From positions 210,428,001 through 210,492,000 of the forward strand of contig NC_042997.1 of assembly GCF_006345805.1 (NCBI RefSeq): a DNA stretch of 64,000 bases, read 5' to 3'. Made by a program: the position numbers and the translations under genes. The notes under the pieces are model-generated. The model saw only the letters and a program-made list of their open reading frames with translations, did not search any database and was not told the origin of the DNA. The stretch's first letter is position 1. The number at the start of each line of letters is the position of its first letter. Positions 36,901 through 47,524 of the stretch are shown here, one piece after another. The DNA comes from Octopus sinensis (lineage: Eukaryota).

Positions 36901-39900
36901 AATCATAATTGTGGCCATGACTGGTAGCATGATCTTCAAATGTTGGGGCCTCTCGGAGGCAAGGGACGAAGTGGTGAAGCATGACCTTTGATGTTAGGCC
37001 TCATGGAGGTGATGACAAGAGACTGAGACTTTGGTGAAACGCTGTGTTTGAGAAGACTTGTCAAGCCAAGTGGAACTGTAACCATGACCAGTGCTATGTA
37101 AACGACACTAATGGAATTAGTCGTGGGCTTTGCCAGTGTCATGTCAATGGCACTGATGCTGGAGGCACATAAAAAGCACCCATTACACTTTTGGAGTGGT
37201 TGGGGTCAGGAAGGGCATCCAGCTGTAGAAACCATTCCAAATCGGACTGGAACCTGGTTTAGCTCTCTGGTTTACCAGTTCCAGCCAAACTGTCCAACTC
37301 ATGCCAGCACGGAAAGCAGATGCTAAATGTTGATGACCCCTGTGGGTAGTGTCAGGAAATGACATACAATAATTATAAATTAATTTCTATAACATTAATC
37401 ATGGTGGCAAAAGTATACGCCCAAAGTTACCCACCAAATGACGGGTAATACTTTAGTGCAACACCAGTTGAGAGAAACACTGGGAAGGTCTATGCTGAGG
37501 AGGTTCAATAAGACTGAAATAGTCAGTCATGACTCTACTTGCATACAAATATCAGTTTAAAACTAAGAATACAGGCTTGAATAATTTCATCACTGCATGA
37601 TGAAATTATTTTACAATGTTAATATTTTGAGATTGTCATATATTTTTTATTTTCATGGTGGCAAGATGGCAGAAACATTAGCATGCCGGGTGAAATGCGT
37701 AGCCGTATTTTGTCTGCCGTTACGTTCTGAGTTCAAATTCCGCCGAGGTCGACTTTGCCTTTCATCCTTTCGGGGTCGATAAATTAAGTATCAGTTACGC
37801 ACTGGGGTCGATGTAATTGACTTAATACCTATGTCTGTCCTTGTTTGTCCCCTCTGTGTTTAGCCCCTTGTGGGTAGTAAAAAAATATATTTTCGATAGA
37901 TTTAACATTAATATTGAACTTGATATTTTCCTTCTTATTGCAAAGTAAATTTTTGTTCTGTTCATTAAATATCTTACCATTGCCAAACTGTTAATTGTTA
38001 ATTAACAATTTCGTTAACAATTTAACTTTTAAGTAAAATTTTGAAATCATTATTGGACTAATTAACTTGAGTTAATTTCAATTGAATTGAAGTTAATGGA
38101 TTTTACAGTTTTGGCACTTTTTAAAGGTGTTTTTAGGTGGTTTTAGAGGAAAAACTGATTTGATTTTTTTTCTATGATAAAAATTGTTAATGGTTTGTTG
38201 ATAACTTCCATTACAGTTTTAAAGAATTAACTGATTATTGGTAATTGAACTTAATGTTTTGGTTAACAGTTAACAAAGTTAACTTTTCAATTAATGGCGC
38301 CGACCTTTGACTTTTAGCCTGGTCTCTTAGCAAACTGGTTTGCTTCAGTATTTTAATCTTTACGTGTCCTAAAGTGGCGAGGTGGCAGAAACGTTAGCAC
38401 ACCAGGCGAAATGCTTAGTGGTATTTTATCTGCTGTTACGTTCTGAGTTCAAATTCTGCCGAGGTCAACTTTGCCTTTCATCCTTTTGGGGTTGATAGTA
38501 ACAGTTGCATACTGAAGTCGATCTAATCAACTGGCCTCCTCCCCAAAATTTTAGGGTCTTGTGCCTAGAGAAAAGAATCTTTACATGTCCTTCAGGTAAC
38601 TGAAAATTATTTTGCTCTCTCTTTAGTGTAGGAACATTCATCTGCACTGCAGCCCCTCTCGGGAAACCAGTGTGTACTAAAGACCCATATAGTATCAAAT
38701 TTTTATATCATGACATTACAGAAGAATATAAATCTTCAAGTAAGTTCTGACCAAACCATTTCATTCAGTTATTTCATTTTATTATGATTCTTCTTTGGAG
38801 ACTAACTCTGTATTAATTTATTTTAGGTACATCAGAGAACTCAGAATTACTCCCGGCCAACCAAGTACACTGTTCTCAATCAGTATCAGTGAGATTTTTA
38901 AAATTTAATAAATTTTTAACACTTGTGTAGTTTTATAACTTTAGCTCTAGTCAGAGCTGGTCCTTAACATTGACGAGGGGAGACGTGTTTGCTTGACCCT
39001 ACCCCACCCTCGGGTGTTGGCTTGTTTGTTTGACTTTTTTTCGCCTCCTTTAGAGATTTTGAGCGCTCATAAGGAAGCAAGTGTAAGTTCCATCCAACCG
39101 CCTCTCAAGCTTCTTTGATAACGTCCAGGTTTCTGAGCCATATAGTAGAATTGGTTCGACTGTGGCTTTGAAGATTTTAAGTTTGAAATCTCTACTTAGA
39201 TTTGATGACCAGATCTTATGCATGTCATTACAGGCTGACCAGGCCATACCCTTTCTAGTTAGAAAATCTTTTTCAGATGATGATATGTATTTGTAATCAG
39301 AAACCATATTTAAGAGTGTATTGTTGAGAGTATGGATGATGAAATCACTGTTGGAAAGGCACTTGTATATATATTCGGTCTTGGACTCATTGAGGTAAAG
39401 ACCTACACTCGCCTCCTTATGAAAGCTCAAAATCTCTCGTGGAAGCGTCAATCAACCAAAGTACAACTATATGGGAAATTACCACCTGTGTCATGTCTTG
39501 TGAAAGGTAGGAGAGTCCAGTTTGCTGGACATTGTTGTAGAGCTGAAAACGAGGTAATTTCTATTCTCCTCTGGAAGCCATCTGCTCGCGATACCAGAGG
39601 GTACACACTCTCCTACCCTTATGTAATCTCCAGGGATACAGGCATCCAGCAACAGGACCTCTGTAATGCCATGATGGACCGTGAAGTCTGGCGTAGCATG
39701 GTAAATTCCATTGTCTCGACCACGGTCGAACGATGATGATGATGATGTTTGTTTGACCTTCAGGCACAAGTTCGTTTGTTCCTCCAGGGAAAAGTTCATT
39801 TGCGTGACACCCCTTCCCCAAGACTACCCTCTTTATCGGAGCCCCCCACCCACACGCCATCCCACTTAGTTTGCTTGTTTGACTTATGCGACTGCTGCAA

Positions 39901-42900
39901 CACATGTTCTTCTAACGCTGAAACAAACCGTCCATATTTCTTTGATTTCTGTCTTCCCAAAGTCAATGCCGGTCTTTCCTTTACACTTTTAGCATATAAG
40001 AGTAGAGTTTCCAGAGAATTACAATTGTAAAATCGGTGAAATTCAAATTATTAAATTCGATTTACACAATCCATCGCAAGAAACTATCAAAGTCAACTTT
40101 GTGATGGAAGTCCAAGCCATTGACTACACCGGACGCGAAAATTTAATCCTATTTGAAGAATCTGTTTCTGAACTGGTCATCTCTCCTGGATCATGTAAGT
40201 TAACTTTCCTTCGTTCTGTGAATGGTTCCATGAATCTACCAACGGCAATCACTGAAACCGTTTTCTTTGCAGCTCAACAGACAAGTATCAGCATCCGGCC
40301 AGAGAACTATGTTCCTGTTTTGCAGAGAGGTTTACCTTACCGCTTTGCTATGAAATTAATCATCTATGGTTTTGTTAAAGGTTGCAATATGAAATTTACC
40401 TGCACGAAGGTCTTCACTCCTCAGTGGCCAAACTTAGAGATAAAGGTAAATGCTTACATATGAATTCTTTAATATTGTTTCAGCCAGTAGATTGTGGCCA
40501 TGCTGGGGCACCACCTTGAGTTTTTAGTCAAACAAATCAACCCCAGTGCATTTAAAATTTTTTAGAGCCTTGTACTTATTCTGTTGGTCTCTTGCCAAAC
40601 AGTTACAAGGATGTAAACAAACCAATACCGGTTGCCAAGTGGTAGTCTCTCTTTCTCTCTCTCTCTCTCTCACACACACAGTTTCTTATTTTTTTTATTG
40701 CCCACAAGGGGCTAAACATAGAGGGGACAAACAAAGGGATTAAGTCAGTTTACATCGACCTCAGTGCGTAACTGGTACTTAATTTATCGCCCCTGAAAGG
40801 ATGAAAGGCGAAGTCAACCTTGGCGGAATTTGAACTCAGAACGTAACGGCAGACGAAATACCTCTAAACATTTCGCCTGGCGTGCATCCATTTCTACCAA
40901 ATCCACCCAAGGCTTTTGTAGGCCTGAAGCTATCATAGAAGACTGTTGCCCACGGTGCCATGCAGTGGAACTGAACTAAGAACCAGGTAGTTGGGAAATA
41001 AACTTTATTTTTTTTTTTTTTTACATTTCTTGGTTTTTGGGGTCAACTGAAGTTTCAATAGTTAATTCTGTTACCTGGTTGCCAATCTTGACATTAGGAA
41101 TGATAACACTTGATCTTCATTTGAAGTTTTTGGTTGACATTTTGTTATGCTAACGAGGTTAGTGAAGAAATTCGATACAAAAGGAGGTAACTAGAGAAAG
41201 GTTATACAACTAAACGGATGCTATTCAAAAGAAATGGTCATGGAATATTTAATACAGATTGTACTAAAGCTGACCCTTATTGGAAACTGTCTTTTGGTTC
41301 CCTAACCCCATTTTTCTATTTGTGGAATGTTGAATCGAAATCGATCAACATCAATAGAATTTGTAGTTGTGGTACCAGTGCCGGTGGCACATAAGAGAAC
41401 CATCCGAACGTGGCCGTTGCCAGCACCGCATCGACTGGTTTCTGTGCTGGTGGCACGTAACAAACACCATCCGATCGTGGCCGTTGCCAGCCTTGCCTAG
41501 CCTCCATGCCGGTGGCACATAAAAAGCACCATCCGATCGTGGCCGTTGCCAGCCTTGCCTGGCCTCCGTGCCAGTGGCACGTAAAAAGCACCATCCGAGC
41601 ATGGCCGTTCGCCAGCCTCGTCTGGCACCTGTGTCTGTGGCACATAAAAAAACACCATCCGAGCGTGGCTGTTCGCCAGCCTCGTCTGGCACCTGTGTTG
41701 GTGGCACATAAAAAACACCATCCGAGCATGGCCGTTCGCCAGCCTCGTCTGGCACCTGTGTCGGTGGCACATAAAGAACACCATCCGAGCATGGTCGTTC
41801 GCCAGCCTCGTCTAGCACCTGTGTTGGTGGCACATAAAAAACACCATCCGAGCGTGGCTGTTCGCCAGCCTCGTCTGGCACCTGTGTTGGTGGCACATAA
41901 AAAACACCATCCGAGCGTGGCCGTTCGCCAGCCTCGTCTGGCACCTGTGTCGGTGGCACATAAAAAGCACCCACTACACTCACGGAGCGGTTGGCGTTAG
42001 GAAGGGCATCCAGTTGTAGAAACACTGCCAGATCAGACTGGGCCTGGTGCAGCCTTCGGGCTTCCCAGATCCCAGTTGAACCGTCCAACCCATGCTAGCA
42101 TGGAAAACGGACGCTAAATGATGATGATGACCAATTCCATGAACGATCATTTTGACTTGGTCCTAATCACTTTCTAGAATTTCATCTTATGAGCGAGCCT
42201 GTATTTTGATCCATGTATCATCAATGGTACCAAGTTTAATTTCTATCAGGGTCGAAATAGCTTGTGGTGTGGTGGGGGTGTAATTCACCTCCCTCGTGGG
42301 TCCTCTTGCAGCATAGATCTTCTCCAGCCAGGATATATCTTTGGAATCCCTTCCAGCCGAAACTCTGGCCAGAACCTAATAACTTCCCTCGGGGTGTAAT
42401 TCACCTCCCTTGTGGGTCCTCTTGCAGCATTGATCTTCTCCAGCCAGGATATATCTTTAGAATCCCTTCCAGCCGAAACTCTGGCCAGAACCTAACAACT
42501 TCCCTCGTCTCCTGTAGCCACCATGTCATTCCTGAGCAACAGAGGCCCCTGCGAGTCATCCTTCCACTCACATGACCTCCCTTGCTCCTCTCCTTACAAG
42601 GCCATCCACATGAGATCACCAACCCTATACTTCCAGCCTGATTTAGCCCCAAGCATAGAATAACTAGAGTCAACCAAACATGCCTATAGATATAGACTGA
42701 GTTCAAATTCCGCTGAGGTCGACTTTGCCTTTCATCCTTTCGGGGGTCGATTAAATAAGTACCAGTTAAGCACTGGGGTCGATGTAATCGACTTAATCCG
42801 TTTGTCTGTCCTTGTTTGTCCCCTCTATGTTTAGCCCCTTGTGGGCAGTAAAGAAATAAATATAGACTGCAACTCTTTACATTCAACAGTAAATATGATG

Positions 42901-45572
42901 GACATCTGCAGACATCAAAAGAACTGTTTTTTAATTTCACTGTGAGGATACAGAGAGAAACTTCTAGACGTTTTCTGAAATTACCCTAAACTCATAATTT
43001 CACCTGTTGACAGATGGTCTTCGTTGCAGTTGGAGACTTTCAGCCAGGTCGTCACCATTTCTCTCTCTCTCTCTCTCTCAATCATGAATCTTTTAGCACC
43101 ATTCCACTCACAGATAACACAAGAAATCATTCAAACCTTTCTTCTGTCACTCTCACAAGACAGCTTTATTGAGCCTGCTGAATCAGGCCCAATAATGACC
43201 CCCATCTCCTTAATTTAACCCCTTTTGTCACCATATTTCTGTTGAGATGTCCTATGTTTTTGTCAATTAATTTTAAATACAACAAAGAATTTAGTAAGAT
43301 AACTTCGTTATCATTAAGCTAGTGTTAGGAACATAAATTGTGACTAAGGTTTGGTAAAAGATTTTAATTCAAAACTTATGAAAACAAGACATTTGTACTA
43401 CAGAGCCAGAGGAGGTTTCAGCCAGGTTGGTACTGAAAGGGTTAAGAAACAAGGTTTCCCTATGCTACCACCACCATCTGTACCATCACAACTGCATTAA
43501 CTTACAAACTGCAGCTGTTTGTCACAATCTAACACACATTCTGAAAAGCAGGTTCAATCGGTTTCCATATCAGTGTTTCAGACTCTTTGTGACAATGAAA
43601 ATAACTGATTGCTGCAACCTTTACCATCTCGACCCTCCTCCACAGCAATTAACAGGGTTTTCATATCTCTTCAGACCTCGTTAACGACTGTTAGATGTTT
43701 TTATTTCTCATCAGTTAGGCTATTTCCAATGGACAATCCAGACTGCAGTTCACTTTTAAATTTCAGTGTCCTGACAACACTGCGTTACACGACAAACTTC
43801 CAGTGGAATTAAGTCTAAAAAACCCGCTTCCTGTTCCGTTGACACACTGTGAAGTAGTTATTGACGGTGCTGGTTTAACGAGCGTCTTCAAAGGATCTCT
43901 GCTGTAAGTATTGCTTTAGTTTTGGAATGCACACACACACACACTGAAGACATTGCCTAACACTACAAGTGCAGTGGCTGCCTTTATCGTATATATGAAA
44001 GTACCACACATTCTTACGTCTTTGTTTTTTGGGGGGACTTTATTTAGTAAGCCCCATTTCAGCCTATTGTAGTTACTAAACCGTCTGTTTAATGTTCTTT
44101 GAAGTTCCTATTTAAATAGGATACAGACTAAAAACTATTTTATATATATATATATATATATATATCGAAATCGATCAACATCAATGGAAATTGTAGTTGT
44201 GATACCAGCACCGGTGGCACGTAAAAGAACCATCCAAATGTGGCCGTTGCCAGTGCCGCCTCGACTGGCCTCTGTGCCGGTGGCACGTAAAAAGCACCCA
44301 CTACACTCACAGAGTGGTTGGCGTTAGGAAGGGCATCCAGCTGTAGAAACACTGCCAGATCAGACTGGAGCCTGGTGCAGCCTTCTGGCTTCCCAGACCC
44401 CAGTTGAAACGTCCAACCCATGCTAGCATGGAAAGCGGACGCTAAACGATGATGATGATGATATAATTAAGGTTAAGCAACAAGTTGCTAAGCCACATAC
44501 TGAAAAATTTAGAAATAGCAGTCAAAGACTGCTTATTTCTATTTACTACAAATATAGCTCCACATATAACATTTACCTGTAACTCACATATGCAAATGAA
44601 GGAAAATAACGAAAACAAACGGTCTTTGGTCAGTTGTGGACGTGTTTCTGGGTTAGAATTATAAATAACTCATTCCTGTCCTCAGCACAACAATCCAGTA
44701 AATTATAGATTTGCAAATGCTGTTAACCTACCTCTTGCGTCCCGATCCTGTGCCATAACATTTATAACATTTTGTCAATTTATACAGGCCTACAATTGCT
44801 TCCATATCTACCTTTATTCAAATTACAAATTTATAAATTAAAATTGCATGATCAAAATTACTAGGTAAATATTTCTTCAGGGCAAAAATTGACACGAAAT
44901 AGATTACATCTTGAGTGACCCTCAACTGACTTATCTAAAAAAAAGATACCTGAACTCTCTAATGTATTTAATATTAATGCTCATTAATTAACACTAATAC
45001 CATCAGGAAAAGCAGAATTCCTGAAAATCTCACCAATATATAGGATTAAACTGGAGAAGCTTGGATGTAAACATCCCTTTAACCCTTTAGTGTTTAAACC
45101 CGCCACACCCGGCCCAATATATTGTACATGTTCTACATTCAAACTGGCCATATCCAGCCTCTCACTCCTAACCTACAGTGACATTCTAAAAATAAACATT
45201 CACATCATTGAAACCTCAAAGCTATAAGATAATGCATGATTAATTCAAAACAATTTAAGTGAAAAAAGTATTACATTTAACAGAGTAATCTGAACACTAA
45301 AGGGTTAAAGAGGAATCTATATCCTCACAATAACACACATACACACATATATATAACCGTTCCGTTCCTGCCCTTTAAGATTTCAGTAAAACTTTTGGCA
45401 GCGCAATTTACTTTTGGTTATATTTTATTTCAGCGATATTCCTGATTTTTCGGATGTATCCCTAAAAATGAAGTTGTCTGCTTGTTGCCGAGGAACTGCT
45501 CATCTGACGGCAACTATTCATAGCATCGAACTACAAGATGTCTGGTCTTGCACAACCATAAACATAGTTTGA
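19039..45572 (+). CDS. Transglutaminase-family protein (protein-glutamine gamma-glutamyltransferase-like), 15 coding exons, 733 aa, divergent active site
   Basis: Exons: 19039-19132, 19324-19536, 22003-22263, 23625-23743, 25576-25686, 26672-26843, 29425-29569, 32236-32336, 35254-35413, 38627-38739, 38827-38888, 39993-40194, 40273-40445, 43767-43903, 45434-45572. All introns are GT-AG with consistent phases; total 2202 nt ending in TGA. Motifs: IRRGLPF, IGEW..VLFNPWC, DQVYL..YVLNE, YGCCWTNAALLTT, FCRALGIPARVVTSF.SNHD, WNFHVW..W..RPDL..GW, DITEEYK, DYTG, KNPLPVPLT. Exon 1 and the exon 11 donor are the least certain parts. Confidence 0.93.
19668..20055 (+). mobile_element. SINE (family C here), tandem partial dimer, representative copy
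   Basis: GGCGxxGAGCTGGCAGAAACGTTAGCACGCCGGGCG..GAGTTCAAATTCCGCCGAGGTCGAC. Other copies: ~15060-15245(+), 23120-23530(-), 36310-36680(+), 37660-37880(+), 38375-38570(+), 40690-40890(-), 42695-42860(+), 50140-50360(-), 50540-50920(+), 51870-52270(-), 53630-53840(-). Confidence 0.8.
20856..21083 (+). repeat. 228-bp direct repeat, copy 2
   Basis: See 17933-18160. Confidence 0.92.
21275..21784. mobile_element. hAT (Charlie-like) MITE, 510 bp
   Basis: TIRs CAGGAGTCTCCAAAC / GTTTGGTGACCCCTG; 8-bp TSD CTCCAGAC / CTCAAGAC (one mismatch); GGCCC subterminal motifs. Confidence 0.85.
24091..24491 (-). mobile_element. Non-autonomous Helitron copy with an internal ~85-bp duplication
   Basis: Reverse complement of the 12854 element. 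GAGTTACTTCCCTTATATAATAGC..AAATCGTAGAC occurs twice. Confidence 0.75.
25751..25971. mobile_element. piggyBac-like MITE, family 1
   Basis: TTAA|CCCTTTAGT...ACTAAAGGG|TTAA. A second copy in the opposite orientation lies at 45083-45304. Confidence 0.8.
30588..31144. mobile_element. piggyBac-like MITE, family 2, with a nested foldback element
   Basis: TTAA|CCCTTTT...AAAAGGG|TTAA. The body is homologous to 43219-43441 and 52610-52819. Confidence 0.75.
30806..31068. mobile_element. Foldback element with ~105-bp inverted arms
   Basis: Arms at about 30806-30913 and 30961-31068 are reverse complements with a few mismatches. The loop holds the perfect 24-bp palindrome CCTTATATTTTCGAAAATATAAGG (30914-30937). 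Confidence 0.85.
31584..32093. mobile_element. hAT (Charlie-like) MITE, 510 bp, carrying a 29-bp minisatellite
   Basis: TIRs CAGGGCTGGCCAAC / GTTGGCCAGGCCTG; perfect 8-bp TSD GTGTAGAC at 31576-31583 and 32094-32101. Confidence 0.92.
31596..31769. repeat. 29-bp minisatellite, 6 copies
   Basis: ACTTGCGGCCTGCAGACCACATGTGGCCC at 31596, 31625, 31654, 31683, 31712, 31741. Confidence 0.95.
32661..33926 (-). mobile_element. Near full-length decayed mariner (DD34D) in transglutaminase intron 8
   Basis: Perfect 20-bp inverted repeat ATCCCATAAGTTCTGTCTGA at 32668-32687 and 33907-33926. ORF 32736-33047 has YQDN..H and HPPYSPDLAPSDYHLF with 34-residue spacing. The upstream part has stops and frameshifts. 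Confidence 0.92.
34842..34950 (+). repeat. 20-23-bp minisatellite containing TTAGGG, ~4.5 units
   Basis: CACAAT(AG)TCTGTC(A/G)GATTAGGG repeats. Confidence 0.85.
39035..39745. mobile_element. RTE-type LINE fragment with 5' inversion, (GAT)n tail and 12-bp TSD
   Basis: About 39042-39395 on - encodes GLYLNESKTEY..KLKIFKATVEPILLYGSETWTL. About 39400-39735 on + encodes ..RRVQFAGHC..MMDREVWR and ends in (GAT)5. TGTTTGTTTGAC occurs at 39023-39034 and 39746-39757. Confidence 0.85.
41330..42130 (+). mobile_element. (GAT)n-tailed SINE-like repeat (family A here) with an internal ~62-bp VNTR expanded to 9 units
   Basis: 3' end GGTTGGCGTTAGGAAGGGCATCCAG..CCAACCCATGCTAGCATGGAAA..GATGATGATG. Other copies: ~1780-2470, 4595-5082(+), 27410-27800(-), 30050-30385(+), 35590-35930(-), 37000-37335(+), 44165-44462(+), 49090-49400(+), 52340-52582(+), 59360-59797(+), 60538-60875(-), 61160-61510(-), 63078-63410(-). 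Confidence 0.85.
42275..42506 (+). repeat. 116-bp tandem duplication, 2 copies
   Basis: GGGGTGTAATTCACCTCCC...AACTTCCCTC at 42275 and 42391. Confidence 0.9.
43219..43441. mobile_element. piggyBac-like MITE, family 2
   Basis: TTAA|CCCC...AAAGGG|TTAA; a further copy lies at 52610-52819. Confidence 0.75.
45083..45304. mobile_element. piggyBac-like MITE, family 1
   Basis: TTAA|CCCTTTAGTGTT...AACACTAAAGGG|TTAA. Confidence 0.8.
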
Positions 45573-45694
45573 TTACCTCGTTAAACCGAAATATTAATCA
45601 TCATAAAACTAAAAAAAGAAACAAAAAATTTACCATAACTGATTTGAAACTTGTTTGTTAAATCTAAAAATATTTTGTTAGAATGGAACAATAC

Positions 45695-45700
45695 AATAAA
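45695..45700 (+). promoter_or_regulatory. Candidate polyadenylation signal of the transglutaminase gene
   Basis: AATAAA about 120 nt after the TGA at 45570-45572. Confidence 0.4.
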
Positions 45701-47524
45701 GATGGAATCGTTTTTGGTGTCCAGATACCTCAAAGTCTGTAAATCTAACCCAAATTTATACCCATAAAGGGAACCACTTATAAGGCATGTTTTCACCTTT
45801 CTCTAATTTTGAGGATTTTTCTCAGTCCCCAAAGAAATCCCAACAAATTAGAAACCATTCTACAGTCAAGAATATTTCTTTGGTAAATTCTATATTTTTC
45901 CAATTATGGTCATTCAATTTGTTGGAAACAGCAACCAAATCTCCCTCAAATCACTGTTTTTAAGGGGCCCAAACCTTGTATGACATGATCCTAAACATAT
46001 TCTTAAAAATCCTGGCAGGATGACCTCGGCTGTGTTTGTGTGCTTGACCTCTTATAAGGTCACTGGTGTTAAGTCTTTCACATCATGGGTGACTGTCGGG
46101 GGTGGAGTGGGGTGGACAATGGCAGAGAGAATCACTTTGGAAACCAACAAGGAGTTTCTAATTGATCACTCAAACTGCTAGAAAAAGTAACTAGGGCTCC
46201 CTCAAAATACAAGCCACCCATTTTAAAAAGGTCCAATTGGAGAATGAATATACTTGTAGGGGGTCATGGTTGGAAAGTCTTTGATCAGAAGTCTGGTTTG
46301 GTGTTGACCTGGGGTTAAACAGCTTAATGTTTTGATTGTTGTTCGGTCTCAGGTCAACTTTGAATAGGTGTACTCCATCCATGGCCATCCTGTTAATTTC
46401 TTTGGTCAATTCTATAGTTTTCCAACTGGTCTTGCATTAATAATGAACCCATGATCCTCTGTGATCACTCAATTTGTTAGAAATAACAACCAAATCTTCC
46501 TCAAATCACTCTCTACCATTTTTAGTCAGAATGGTCATGTTCCAGTCACGACCATTCCAACATTTTGAATCCTTACAACCTCCTTATTAAGTTTGTCCTT
46601 CCCTATTTGAGATGATAGGGTGCAATGTGAGAGATTTGGCTGCTATTTCTGGCAGATAAATCAGGGTCCTTTTCTTTTTGATCCCTGGACCCTAGCTTTA
46701 AAAGGGAGAGAAAACTGACAATATTGAGACGCACAGTCATATGGTGGCTGTTGTCTTATTTTTATCATTAGGCCGAATGGCAATATTAATGACCACCACC
46801 GGTGAATATATAAACATTGATCAGGGAAGTGTGGATGGTGGGGTTAATTGCCCTTATTTCACTGAACTCATTCGTGGTGGGAGTGTCTGCTGAATCCCTT
46901 GGATTCAGTACTGAAGGTCCTGGTGGTGGTGGAGGGGCAGGGGAATGTGTTGGGGGTGTTTGAGGGCCTGGTGCATTAGTGGTGGAAGAGGGAACTGGGT
47001 CAGATCCTGAAGATTTGGTAGAGACAACTGGAATTAAAACTGAAGCTTATGTAGAACAAACCCTTTTTCTAAAGGTCACCAATCTACAGATATATATAGA
47101 AATACTGCATCAGCATTTTTACTCCTTATATGGGGCCATGTTGTTGTTGGAGCTGAGTGTGTAGGGGTTTCCAATTCTAGAAGAGGGTCATTCTGACTAA
47201 GAATTTTGTGGGAATCTTTAATCTAAAAATGGTGATTTTTTTTTTTTTTTTTGTATCTTTTACACTTGTTTCAATTGTTAAACTGTGGCCATGCTGTGGC
47301 ACCACCTTGAATTTTACTCTTTTACTCGTTTCAGTCATTTGACTGTGGCCAGGCTGGAGCACTGCCTTTAGTCGAGCAAATTGACCCCAGGACTTATTCT
47401 TTTTAAGCCTAGTACTTATTCTGTCGGGGTCTTTTACTGAACCGCTAAGTTACAGGGGACGTAAACACACCAGCATCGGTTGCCAAGCGATGTTGGGGAC
47501 ACACACACACAGATATATATACCC

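Noticed and set aside
41316-42088. Long ORFs (245, 164 and 158 aa) as a repeat protein
   Set aside because: They lie entirely within the SINE VNTR, and the same peptides recur wherever this SINE occurs.
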